Assembly (NCBI GenBank): GCA_963663765.2
Contig: CAXXUA010000004.1
Coordinates: 352,001 to 416,000, forward strand
Source: Candidatus Poribacteria bacterium
Lineage (GTDB): Bacteria; Poribacteria; WGA-4E; WGA-3G
DNA length: 64,000 nt
Direction of reading: 5' to 3'
Made by a program: the position numbers and the translations under genes. Below the pieces are notes generated by a model. It did not search any database. It was given only the letters and a program-made list of their open reading frames with translations, and was not told the DNA's origin. Each line of letters begins with the position of its first letter. The stretch's first letter is position 1. Of the stretch, positions 20,580-30,260 are shown one piece after another.

Positions 20580-20760
20580 TGACATACTCCCCAAGCTAAA
20601 GCATGGGGGTTCTTAGTTCTTATATTGGAAACGGTTTGAGTTGTTTCCAAACGACTTTTCCTGCTTCCGTGTCTCGTGCCCTTTCCTGAACAGCGTTGGG
20701 TCTTATTTGCACTCCACAGGCGTGACTTTCGGTGTGTCCCACCGTAGTTGGTTTCAAGTT
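20580..20760 (-). ncRNA. Putative TnpB omega/reRNA scaffold overlapping the tnpB 3' end
   Basis: Minus strand reads ACGGTGGGACACACCGAAAGTCACGCCTGTGGAG...GAAGCAGGAA...right-end hairpin, at the usual position for these RNAs. Boundaries approximate. Confidence 0.6.
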
Positions 20761-21810
20761 TATGGCAGCGTTGACATCTCTATCTATAGACATATCACAT
20801 TGACTGCAGTGATACATTCTTTCTGAAAGTGTTAGGTCTTTCTTTTTGTGTCCACAACCGGAACAGGTTTTACTACTTGCAAAGAACTGATCTGCTTCTT
20901 TGACAGGTATACCGTGCACTTCTGCTTTTGTCTTGAGTTTTAGCAGGAAACTGCCTAATGCTGTATCTGACAATGCTTTTGCGAGGTTTCTGTTCTTCAG
21001 CATATTAGTAACCTTGAGTGTCTCAATACCGATCACAGATGCGAGGTTGACAATCTCTGTAGTTGCTTTATGATGTGCATCGTTTCGGATACAAGCGATA
21101 CGATAGTAGATACGTTCTAACTTGTGTTTTTGTTTGAACCAGTTGTTAGACTTGAAAACTTTTCTACTTAATCTACGTTGTTCTCTTGCTAACTTCTTTT
21201 CATATCGTTTCAGGGGTCTTGGATTATCATATTTCGTGCCATCACTCAATGTGGCAAGTGTGTTTATGCCTACATCTATACCAATCACAGGGTGCGTTGA
21301 GTTATCAACTGCTTCGGTGTCCTCTGTTTCTATGGTGATAGATACAAACCAACGATGTGCTGTCCTTGAGATCGTCACTTTCATAATCTTACCCACAAAA
21401 CGCAATGATTCAAACATGCTAATCCAACCAATCTTAGGAAGTTTGATACGCTTACCTTCAACTTCTACAGATTGATTATTTGTGGTGAATGCGTCCTTTT
21501 TGCCACGCTTCTTGAACTTCGGAAATCTCGCACGCTTACCAACCCAATTCGCAAGCGCAGCAGACAAGTTACCAAATATGCTTTTATTGGCTACAACCTG
21601 ATCCATATCTTTAGTCCAAGCATGTGCTTTCTTAGCAATATTAAATCGAGTGTTTAACTTCGCAGCGGATAAGAACTCATCATTTGCCAATGCAGACTTG
21701 AAATCTGCTAATGCATGATTATATGCAAATCTCGCATAGCCACACTGTTGTGCAAACCATTTTCGTTGATTGTTATTTGGATTCAATGCAATCTTATGTG
21801 TTTTTAGCAT
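20620..21810 (-). CDS. tnpB: TnpB RNA-guided endonuclease
   Basis: RuvC residues GIDVG, IETL, DRDVNAAINL; zinc finger CSGC...CSQC; N-terminal HTH_OrfB-like region. Confidence 0.95.
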   Translation of the reverse strand: MLKTHKIALNPNNNQRKWFAQQCGYARFAYNHALADFKSALANDEFLSAAKLNTRFNIAKKAHAWTKDMDQVVANKSIFGNLSAALANWVGKRARFPKFKKRGKKDAFTTNNQSVEVEGKRIKLPKIGWISMFESLRFVGKIMKVTISRTAHRWFVSITIETEDTEAVDNSTHPVIGIDVGINTLATLSDGTKYDNPRPLKRYEKKLAREQRRLSRKVFKSNNWFKQKHKLERIYYRIACIRNDAHHKATTEIVNLASVIGIETLKVTNMLKNRNLAKALSDTALGSFLLKLKTKAEVHGIPVKEADQFFASSKTCSGCGHKKKDLTLSERMYHCSQCDMSIDRDVNAAINLKPTTVGHTESHACGVQIRPNAVQERARDTEAGKVVWKQLKPFPI

Positions 21811-22011
21811 GATGATATTCCAGTCCTATGAAGACGTCAGTTCCCTCTACTAAAGGTGTGTAGGTGTTAGTAGCACCTACACTGAACTGGTATAATGAGT
21901 ATCTCATGTTTTAAACCAAAAATCAAGTTTTTTCTTGACACAAGCACTTAGCACGACTACATCCCACTACCTAAAGGTAGGGGTTTTGTCGTGATTCTTG
22001 ATAAGATTATC

Positions 22012-23148
22012 TCAAAAATCTGTTTGTGATTCCTCAATTGCTATTCCAACTTCTTCATCATTCTCATCGTCAGGTATAGCCCCTATTGTCGCACCTGTAA
22101 GCAAAATGGTACCTAGGTTTTCACGGATTTTTCTATCAAGTTCTGCTGAAATTTCTGGATGCTGTTCCAAATATACTTTTACATTATTACGACCTTGACC
22201 AATACGCTCATTATTATAGGAGAACCATGACCCCCGTTTATCTATAAGTCCCGCATCAACTGCAATGTCCAATAATGTTCCCTCTTTAGATATCCCCTTA
22301 CCAAATGTAACATCAAATTCCGCTTCTGTAAAGGGTGGCGCAACCTTATTCTTGACAACCTTAATACGCACGCGATTTCCAGTCACATCTGTCCCTTCCT
22401 TTATCTGCGTTGGCTTACGGAGTTCCAACCGGATAGAAGCATGAAACTTCAACGCAAGTCCACCAGGAGTGGTATCCGGATTACCAAACATCACACCTAT
22501 CTTCTGACGTATTTGGTTCGTGAAAATAACACACGTATTGGATTTGTTGGTTACTCCCGATAGTTTTCTTAGCGCCTTAGACATCAAACGCGGAAGCAAC
22601 CCAACATGAGCATCACCCATTTCTCCTTCTACCTCAGCCTGGGGTGTTAACGCAGCAACAGAATCAATAACAACAACATCAATCGCACCACTACGTATAA
22701 GCATTTCCACAATCTCTAACGCTTGTTCGCCAGCATCGGGTTGCGAAATCAGAAGGTTTTCAAGATTAACGCCAATATTGCGCGCATAAGTTGTATCTAA
22801 CGCATGCTCCACATCTATGAAAGCTGCCATACCCCCCATTTTCTGCGCTTCAGCAACAATGTGGAGTGCTAATGTCGTTTTACCTGTGCCTTCATGTCCA
22901 TATATTTCAATTATCCTACCCCTTGGCACGCCTCCAACCCCTAAAGCCAAATCAAGTGACAATGCGCCTGTCGGTATTGCTTCTACAGGTACCACTTCAT
23001 TATCGGTTAAACGCATTATCGCGCCTTTCCCATAAGCACGTTCTACTTGAGATATGGCTTGGTCTACCGCTTTCTTTTTCTCTTCAGAAACTGCAATAAC
23101 TTCCGGAACTTTCACTTTTTCAACACTTTTTTGTTCGTCTTTTGCCAT
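22012..23148 (-). CDS. recA: Recombinase RecA
   Basis: [13 protein letters not shown]...GKTT; VIDSVAAL; [11 protein letters not shown]. Confidence 0.99.
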   Translation of the reverse strand: MAKDEQKSVEKVKVPEVIAVSEEKKKAVDQAISQVERAYGKGAIMRLTDNEVVPVEAIPTGALSLDLALGVGGVPRGRIIEIYGHEGTGKTTLALHIVAEAQKMGGMAAFIDVEHALDTTYARNIGVNLENLLISQPDAGEQALEIVEMLIRSGAIDVVVIDSVAALTPQAEVEGEMGDAHVGLLPRLMSKALRKLSGVTNKSNTCVIFTNQIRQKIGVMFGNPDTTPGGLALKFHASIRLELRKPTQIKEGTDVTGNRVRIKVVKNKVAPPFTEAEFDVTFGKGISKEGTLLDIAVDAGLIDKRGSWFSYNNERIGQGRNNVKVYLEQHPEISAELDRKIRENLGTILLTGATIGAIPDDENDEEVGIAIEESQTDF

Positions 23149-23732
23149 TATTGACTTTCTCCCTGTCCCAATTTATAATGTTGTAATGGTGTATACACTG
23201 CACCACTATGTTGTAAATCACTTTTAATTAATGCAATTAGTTTAACTGATAAACCAGTACCATCTACTTTCTCAAATTGCTTGAAGATTTCTATTTTAGA
23301 TTCCAAATTGACTTGTCGTCTTAGTCGCGCAAGTGTTAGATGCGGATGATAACGAGACTCTTGAGTGATACCGACTTTGACAAGATCACGATTAATCAAA
23401 TTTGCTAACTTTCTAACATTCCCATCACCATGTTTCAAACCTATCCATACAACACGTGGACGAGACATATTCGGAAATGTACCAATACCCCCAATTTCAA
23501 TCGAAAAAGGTTTATACGACAACAGTGTTTGTTGAAGTATCGCATCTATCCTTTCTATTTTCTTGCTTTCTACTTCTCCAATAAACTTCAAAGTCAGGTG
23601 AAAGTTATCAAAACGTGTCCATGACGCATTTTCAATTTCTTCTCGTAACACACTCTGTATTTCAGTTAATACTTGCTGAATGCTATCAGGTAACTCAATT
23701 GCAACAAAACATCGAATGGATTTTGTATCCAC
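23148..23732 (-). CDS. thpR: RNA 2',3'-cyclic phosphodiesterase (2H phosphoesterase)
   Basis: RCFVAI start; two HLTL motifs; GAVYTPL; typical position upstream of recA. Confidence 0.92.
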   Translation of the reverse strand: MDTKSIRCFVAIELPDSIQQVLTEIQSVLREEIENASWTRFDNFHLTLKFIGEVESKKIERIDAILQQTLLSYKPFSIEIGGIGTFPNMSRPRVVWIGLKHGDGNVRKLANLINRDLVKVGITQESRYHPHLTLARLRRQVNLESKIEIFKQFEKVDGTGLSVKLIALIKSDLQHSGAVYTPLQHYKLGQGESQ

Positions 23733-23769
23733 AAATACTACCTCATAACAAAAATACTATCTATCACGT

Positions 23770-24357
23770 CTATACAGAGAATGCCTTTCTATTGCCATAC
23801 AAAATTTCTAAACCAGAAACTACTGTCAATATTAACGGTAAATACATCAGAAAGTATATCGGACCATGTTGTTGCACAACATAATCTGATTCATTTAGAA
23901 AAATCAACAAAACCAAACCTACAAAAATTACAATTAGCTGAGTTAAGGTCTTGTATTTACCCCACCGATTCGCTGATATTACCTCACCATTCTTTGCTAC
24001 ACATACTAAACGAAAGCATGTAATTAATACCTCACGACCAAGAATTACTATGACCATCCACAATGGTATTAAACCGACACCATCATCTAATTTATCGTGT
24101 TGAAAAAGGTATAGACATATTAAAGCAGCTCCAACCAAAACTTTGTCTACTAATGAATCCATAAAGCTGCCAAACTGTGTTATACCCTGTTTACGGGCAA
24201 TCCTCCCATCAAGATGGTCTGTTAATGCAGCTACACCGAAACACACCGATGCAAATGCCATCAAATTAAAATGAAAACAGAGGATGAACGGCAAAGTTAA
24301 CAATAAACGCGAAAACGTTAGCAGATTTGCCAAACGAAAATACCTATCAAACTTCAT
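23770..24357 (-). CDS. pgsA: CDP-diacylglycerol--glycerol-3-phosphate 3-phosphatidyltransferase
   Basis: ANLLTFSR; DHLDGRIARK...FGSFMDSLVDK CDP-alcohol phosphotransferase motif. Confidence 0.88.
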   Translation of the reverse strand: MKFDRYFRLANLLTFSRLLLTLPFILCFHFNLMAFASVCFGVAALTDHLDGRIARKQGITQFGSFMDSLVDKVLVGAALICLYLFQHDKLDDGVGLIPLWMVIVILGREVLITCFRLVCVAKNGEVISANRWGKYKTLTQLIVIFVGLVLLIFLNESDYVVQQHGPIYFLMYLPLILTVVSGLEILYGNRKAFSV

Positions 24358-24361
24358 ATAT

Positions 24362-25078
24362 CTAATTAGGGGTTAAATCTATTACCTCAGCACCTTTAGG
24401 ATAGACAAGCTTAAATGTGTCTGCAGGCAACTTCTTGTCTCGTTTTATATTAGATAACGCCACAATAACGCTACGGCGAGTACCATCCTCAAATACTGTC
24501 ACATAACCAAACTGCACAGGAAACCATTCACCTTCCTTCACCCATATTTCAAGCAACTCTTTCACCTCTTCTGTCTGTTCAGGCTGCTTTAATCCTTTAT
24601 TAATCAACTTTGGTTTAGGGGTTAACTGCATCTGATAGACACCCTTTGCATTCGCGGCTTCATCCGGCACTAATTTCATATCCCAGTTCTTTGATAGATC
24701 CTCAAGCGTAGCACCTGTACCAGGCAATATTTCACGCCTATCTGGATTCTGCAATTTCTGTTTGTTCACTTCATTCAGCAGGGGTACATAAGACCAAGCA
24801 AATTTACCATCTAAAACGATAGTTTTTATAATTTTTTCGGGATCTTTCGGAGATACATATTCCATGTGAAGCAAGTTCGGAACGCCAAATGTAAATCTAC
24901 CAAAACTTACGCTTTTTCTCGTTTTATATAAGGTCGTCTCTTCAAAATCCGCACTGAAATTCTTACACTTCGCATATTCAGTCTTAAATTTATTGAAGAC
25001 TTCTTCTACCGTAATGGTATAGCCATTACTGAGAAAACACAAGAACAGTAAGATTATACTAAAATAATAGCGTTTCAC
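24362..25078 (-). CDS. lolA: LolA-like outer membrane lipoprotein carrier
   Basis: Signal peptide; FSADFEE...G.FTF..PNLLHMEY...IVLDGKFAWSYVP; F.L..PKGAEVID. Confidence 0.75.
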   Translation of the reverse strand: MKRYYFSIILLFLCFLSNGYTITVEEVFNKFKTEYAKCKNFSADFEETTLYKTRKSVSFGRFTFGVPNLLHMEYVSPKDPEKIIKTIVLDGKFAWSYVPLLNEVNKQKLQNPDRREILPGTGATLEDLSKNWDMKLVPDEAANAKGVYQMQLTPKPKLINKGLKQPEQTEEVKELLEIWVKEGEWFPVQFGYVTVFEDGTRRSVIVALSNIKRDKKLPADTFKLVYPKGAEVIDLTPN

Positions 25079-25149
25079 GGCATATCTCCTTATTGTGTAT
25101 TTTAGTTAGGTGGATAATTAAAACGTCTAATAGTGTAGCATAATCAGGT

Positions 25150-25605
25150 TTATATGTCAATGTTATTTTTTGTTTCTTTCTTGATAACTTCTACTATATC
25201 CACATCCAATGTATTGAGTCTTGTCCAATCAGTTAACTCAACCTCAATACCTTCGTGTTCGTCTATTGCGTATAATACCAAACGTTCTAAAGTCTCAGTA
25301 ACTTGTGCTTCACGAAATAACGATTGGAACCAAATACCGAATGCCTTGAGCGCATCTGATGAATCTGAGAATACCCAGAATACTATCCGAAAAAAATCTA
25401 GTCCCTCATCTACAGACTGTTGTGCTATCCATACATCGTTTGGAAAGTTATGAAATAGTTTAAAAAGGTCAGCAATAGTATTCAGAATATCATGATTGAG
25501 ATAAGTTATTTCGGGGTGAATATCAAAATGAATTGCATACTTGTGTGCATTTGAAATACTAATATTAATCTTACCTTGTAGTTCACCCTCTGTCTTATTT
25601 AGCAT
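25150..25605 (-). CDS. Hypothetical protein
   Basis: 151-aa ORF co-oriented with the lolA operon. Confidence 0.6.
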   Translation of the reverse strand: MLNKTEGELQGKINISISNAHKYAIHFDIHPEITYLNHDILNTIADLFKLFHNFPNDVWIAQQSVDEGLDFFRIVFWVFSDSSDALKAFGIWFQSLFREAQVTETLERLVLYAIDEHEGIEVELTDWTRLNTLDVDIVEVIKKETKNNIDI

Positions 25606-25697
25606 TGATATTACCCTATACGAAAGTTACTCATTAACATTATTGCAGATTATACCATATCTTATTCATTATTGAAAATTACAAAATATGTGAATGT

Positions 25698-25945
25698 CAA
25701 TACCTTCGCCATTTTTGAGTGCTTCAGTTGAATGAGTATATAGTGTTGATCTACCATTGCTCTGTGATATTGTTAGGATTACATAAATAAAAATAACTTC
25801 AGGTTTTCGTTGAAGTATTTTTATTTATCATAGCGTCTAATTTGACGATAGAATCTGACAGAATAATTTATATGCACAATCTGGAAGAATGTGCTACAAC
25901 TACACGCACAATCTGACAGAATGTCTATTATTGGCGAAGGTATTG
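25698..25945. mobile_element. MITE family B
   Basis: Perfect 14-bp terminal inverted repeats CAATACCTTCGCCA...TGGCGAAGGTATTG; 7-bp flanking direct repeat TGAATGT; no ORF inside. Confidence 0.88.
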
Positions 25946-26028
25946 TGAATGTATAAAGTTATTCTTAATTGTATCTTACCTTTTAGTCTAAATCACAGAT
26001 TACACAAATAGCCATTAGTAGCAAGGTG

Positions 26029-26095
26029 TCTCTTGTGGGAGGGGTTTCTCTTGTGGGAGGGGTTTCTCTTGTGGGAGGGGTTTCCAACCCCGATT
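26029..26095. repeat. 18-bp tandem repeat x3 (TCTCTTGTGGGAGGGGTT) ending in a REP-like unit
   Basis: Seen directly; no spacers between units. Confidence 0.9.
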
Positions 26096-26388
26096 TCTGA
26101 ATCATGTACGACGCGAAATTCACACATCAAAAACCCTTGATGATGTAAATCCTGATAATCTGTAAATCCCGGGGAATACCATAAGGCATTCATACCCGGG
26201 GAATGCTTTATAGCATTCATACCGTTGATTTCTTGATTTGTAAATCCTTGTTCAGACAAAAAAATACACAAAAACCAAGCAAAAAACCTAATGCAGAAAT
26301 CTTATCCTGAAAATCTGGAAATCCTGGTTACGACAAAAAAACTGCGTAATCCGCGATTCCGTATACAATCACCGCGATACACAAAGAA

Positions 26389-26417
26389 TTGACTTTACAC
26401 AAATAATCTGATATACT
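26389..26417 (+). promoter_or_regulatory. sigma70-type promoter upstream of the WD40 gene
   Basis: TTGACT-17 bp-TATACT with extended -10 TG. Confidence 0.6.
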
Positions 26418-26421
26418 TGAA

Positions 26422-26580
26422 CAGGACTTACGCAGTTTTCTTGATTTAATCAAAAATTATGATGAAAATGATGCCATTATCAGCGTTTTTATGGGTTTCC
26501 GGCGCGCTTACAAAGCACCAAATCAACGGTATGAATGCCATTTAGGCATTCCCCGCCTACCGTTGTGTGCGTAAGTCTTG
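26422..26580 (+). mobile_element. MITE family A, copy 2
   Basis: CAGGACTTACGCA...TGCGTAAGTCTTG; target duplication TTGAA; interior similar to copy 1. Confidence 0.9.
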
Positions 26581-26660
26581 TTGAATAAGAATACCATATA
26601 ATAAATCAGCACCAAAATCTGCTACAGCATGTTTAAAATTAACAAATTGGAAAGAAATTA

Positions 26661-27560
26661 ATGAATAATGAACGCTACCACAACTACATCCAAACTGAAT
26701 TACCATCAGCTTTCATAGAAAGACTTGAAAAAAAGCAGATAAGTCAGATAGCACTTTCACAGGACGGATCAAAACTCGCAGCGGGTGGAGAAAAACGCAT
26801 CTGGATTTACGATTTAGCAGATACAAAACAGTCCACATTACTGTCAGGACACGTTGACCGAATACGCGCATTAGCTTTTTCATCTGACAACCGTACCCTT
26901 GCAAGTGCAAGTGAGGATAGAACTCTCCGTTTATGGGATATCAAAACATCAAACGAAATCACAACCCTTGCAGGTGAATCTTCAAATATAGTCAATGCTT
27001 TGTCATCTTCACCAGATGGCGTTCCATTGACAGCATGGAATGACGAAACAATCCGTATGCTTGGAAGTACAGATGCGGAACCCAGTAAAATAAGGGCATT
27101 CGCATTCTCTTCCGATGGAAAAACACTTGTCAGCGGCGGTGTCGACGGTAAAATTCGACTGTGGAACATTGATTCTGGTAGACAACTCATTGCAATTGCT
27201 GCTCATGACGGTTTAGTCATGGGATTAGCTTTCTCACCTGACGGTAAACTACTCGCAAGCAGCGGATCAGATACTACAGTCAGGCTATGGGAGCTGGAAA
27301 CCGAACACCTACTTTCTACATTCACAGCACATTCGGATTCTGTCAATGCACTAGCATTTTCAAAGGATGGGAAAATTCTCGCAAGTGCGGGAAGAGATCC
27401 TATAATTCGTTTATGGAATGTTGACGCAAGAGGACTGATTTTCACTATTGACACAAAAGTTGGTTTTGTCTGGGAATTGGCGTTCTTGGATAGCAATCAA
27501 ACCGATGAACCGCAGCTCGCTGTTATTAGCCGGAAGGGTCAGTTATTTATCAGAGGTTAA
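26661..27560 (+). CDS. WD40 repeat protein
   Basis: Repeated GH...LAFSxDGxxLASxxxDxTxRLW units. Confidence 0.93.
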   Translation: MNNERYHNYIQTELPSAFIERLEKKQISQIALSQDGSKLAAGGEKRIWIYDLADTKQSTLLSGHVDRIRALAFSSDNRTLASASEDRTLRLWDIKTSNEITTLAGESSNIVNALSSSPDGVPLTAWNDETIRMLGSTDAEPSKIRAFAFSSDGKTLVSGGVDGKIRLWNIDSGRQLIAIAAHDGLVMGLAFSPDGKLLASSGSDTTVRLWELETEHLLSTFTAHSDSVNALAFSKDGKILASAGRDPIIRLWNVDARGLIFTIDTKVGFVWELAFLDSNQTDEPQLAVISRKGQLFIRG

Positions 27561-27682
27561 AATACTTGTTCAACTGACATTAATATACGGTAAATCCATC
27601 ATTACTACAAATAACATTGACACTACCAAAATAATTTCTAAAAAATATAACATTACGCCACAAAACAAATATTGGAATCATT

Positions 27683-28096
27683 ATGGCCTCTCGTAGACAG
27701 TCGCGCATAGTCGCAATGCAAATTCTATATCAAATACATCTTACAGAAGAACCAGTACAACGAGTCATACTTCAGTTCTGGCAGAACCGAGAAATAGCTA
27801 TCACACTTAGACCTTTTACCACACAACTCGTTGAAGGCACTACTGCGAATCTAATGACAATTGATGAAAAAATACAAACTACTTCCAAGAATTGGAAAAT
27901 CCATCGCATGCCGATTGTTGACCTCTCTATCATACGACTTGCTACCTATGAAATCCTATATATTGATGAAATTGATCCACCAACTTCTATCAATGAAGCA
28001 GTAGAAATCGCAAAGAAATATAGCACACCAAATTCACCCAAATTCATCAACGGTATTCTTGACAATATTCGAAAAAACTACCAGAATACACCTTAA
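27683..28096 (+). CDS. nusB: Transcription antitermination factor NusB
   Basis: RRQSRIVAMQILYQ; NWKIHRM; SINEAVEIAKKYS; FINGILD. Confidence 0.96.
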   Translation: MASRRQSRIVAMQILYQIHLTEEPVQRVILQFWQNREIAITLRPFTTQLVEGTTANLMTIDEKIQTTSKNWKIHRMPIVDLSIIRLATYEILYIDEIDPPTSINEAVEIAKKYSTPNSPKFINGILDNIRKNYQNTP

Positions 28097-28111
28097 TCAA
28101 CATACACAAAA

Positions 28112-29899
28112 ATGCAAAATATACAAATCTGTATCATTTCCTTACTCGTGCTACTACCGATAAAACTAAACGCAGCATCAGAGTATGAATTCAATATAGA
28201 ATTCGGTGGAAAAGGAGAAGGTAAAGCTCAATTCGCTGAAACACTCTATACTGCTTTCGGACCTGAGGGATCTGTCTACATAACCGATACAGATAACAAC
28301 AAAATCCAAAAATTCACTGAGTCAGGTATTTTCGTTTTTGAGATTAAACCTACTGAAACAATGGAGTTTCGTTTCATCAGACCCACTGCTATCGCTATCG
28401 GAGAAGACAGTTCAATATATGTGATGGATTGGATACTCAAACATATTGAGGGTACAGACAACCCGAAAATCTTTAATTACGCACCCTGCGTACACAAGTT
28501 TGACACACAAGGAAAGTTTGTCATATCCTTTACAATACAAGATTACACTAAAAGACTCTCAAACCTTGAATCAGCAGCACCCGGGCTTGATCGTGATGGT
28601 AATTACGCACTCATCATCCCACACGGGAACACAAAACGCAATTTTTTACTGACTGTCAATAAACAGAACAACTTATATATATATGACGACAAAGTTATAT
28701 ACATATTAGACGAAATGGGGAATCCTATTTCCATATTTCCTATCGTACAACCAGGAATCGGACAGGTAATCCATCCTGTAGATATGGCTGTTGACAAAAA
28801 TGAAAACCTATATATTGCGGATCAAAAAGGACATAGAATTGTCAAGTATGACTCGGCAGGAAAGTTCCAACTTGCATTCGGTGAATACGGAGATGAGGCT
28901 GGACAATTTATCGCTCCATTTCGTATATCCATACTAAAAGACAACACTTTGCTTATTGCCGATAAAGCTAAGTATATTAAGGATTTTCTTTCATCACTTC
29001 CAAAATGGATTGATGACCCAACTCAACGATTAGACGCAATAACGCGTTCCTTTCGCTATCGCATTCGCAGAATCCAACGATTTACTTCAAATGGAAAATT
29101 AACTCAAAAACTACTCGTCCCATTTCAACGAGAAATTGAAGCCGATGTTGGACTTATCCTAAAAGGGATAGACACAAAAGGTAATCTCTACTACCTCAAT
29201 CCAACAACGATGAAGTTTAGGAAATACGCCTCAAAATCTAAACTATTCTCCGCTATGTTACAAACTGAACTAAAACTCCGGTATACTCGTGATATGCACG
29301 ATATTGAAATCGACAATCAGGATGACCTTGATGCCGATTTATACACAAAATCAGATTTTGACGAACAGATCGTTCAGGACTCAGCAAATGCAAATATAAC
29401 TTTCTCTTATGATATAAACGAAAACTATCGTATCGCAATTTCTAACCGTTTCACCTATATCCGTATGACAGATACCAGTTATTACAGAGCAAGAGATTTT
29501 GAGGATTTTCGCGGCAGCTTCAATCAAGATGATAGAACAACTGAATCATCTTGGGATAACCGTGTACAACTTGATTTCACTTGGATCCAAGACCACAGCA
29601 TTTACAACTATCGCGAAGCACGCGCCTATGCGTTCTTTAGCACAATAAATGTTGATTTCATCAACGATGCACTTGATACAAGCAACTACAGGTTTTTTGA
29701 TTTCTACGCAAATCTCTCCGATTGGGGTGGTGGTATCTACTACGACCTAAACCGTAGATTTCGTTTGAACTTTGAAATCACACACTTCGTCGGGGAAAAC
29801 AGGTACACTTATGTTGATGAGACCAACGACCTATATGCTACTGGATTTCAGGAAGCAGACTCCATCCGCGCAATCTTGTTCATAAATGGCTTCTTTTAG
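28112..29899 (+). CDS. Secreted NHL-repeat protein with a putative C-terminal beta-barrel
   Basis: Signal peptide; NHL repeats (YITDTDNNKIQKF, YIADQKGHRIVKY); C-terminal amphipathic strands ending in F. Confidence 0.75.
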   Translation: MQNIQICIISLLVLLPIKLNAASEYEFNIEFGGKGEGKAQFAETLYTAFGPEGSVYITDTDNNKIQKFTESGIFVFEIKPTETMEFRFIRPTAIAIGEDSSIYVMDWILKHIEGTDNPKIFNYAPCVHKFDTQGKFVISFTIQDYTKRLSNLESAAPGLDRDGNYALIIPHGNTKRNFLLTVNKQNNLYIYDDKVIYILDEMGNPISIFPIVQPGIGQVIHPVDMAVDKNENLYIADQKGHRIVKYDSAGKFQLAFGEYGDEAGQFIAPFRISILKDNTLLIADKAKYIKDFLSSLPKWIDDPTQRLDAITRSFRYRIRRIQRFTSNGKLTQKLLVPFQREIEADVGLILKGIDTKGNLYYLNPTTMKFRKYASKSKLFSAMLQTELKLRYTRDMHDIEIDNQDDLDADLYTKSDFDEQIVQDSANANITFSYDINENYRIAISNRFTYIRMTDTSYYRARDFEDFRGSFNQDDRTTESSWDNRVQLDFTWIQDHSIYNYREARAYAFFSTINVDFINDALDTSNYRFFDFYANLSDWGGGIYYDLNRRFRLNFEITHFVGENRYTYVDETNDLYATGFQEADSIRAILFINGFF

Positions 29900-30260
29900 G
29901 CTTGTATACAGAACATATTGTCATTCCAAATAATTTTACTCCAACACATTCGTTTTCTTTTTACAGAATCTCCATAAAACTGATTTACAAAAATTAACAT
30001 AAATTCCATCAAGAATTAATCATAATTCATTAAAATAACACAAAAAAACAAGATGTACATTGAATATTTATAAAAAAAGATTTGCAAATTGACTGAAAAT
30101 AACGTATTATTATACTTAACCTATATACAAGTGTTGATTTTTTACCAGAAACAATCCTAACAATACCAAACATTACAATTAGAATATTAGATCGAATTGC
30201 TTATGTCAGAACCTATAGTATATCATTACAGAACCTGATGTAATAATATGGAGTGGCTCT

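Larger units (their letters stand above)
20580..22000 (-). mobile_element. IS200/IS605-family element carrying only tnpB (IS1341-like)
   Basis: Subterminal hairpins CCCCAAGCTAAAGCATGGGG (about 20589-20608) and CCCACTACCTAAAGGTAGGGG (about 21963-21983); no tnpA. Boundaries approximate. Confidence 0.8.

Noticed and set aside
1-23732. rtcB and thpR as a dedicated RNA-repair operon
   Set aside because: They are about 22 kb apart, and thpR sits in its usual pgsA-thpR-recA context
26029-26082. Possible CRISPR array
   Set aside because: The 18-bp units are contiguous with no spacers, and there are no cas genes in the window
25993-26271. 92-aa ORF with NPSHKR repeats
   Set aside because: It is a translation of non-coding repeat elements
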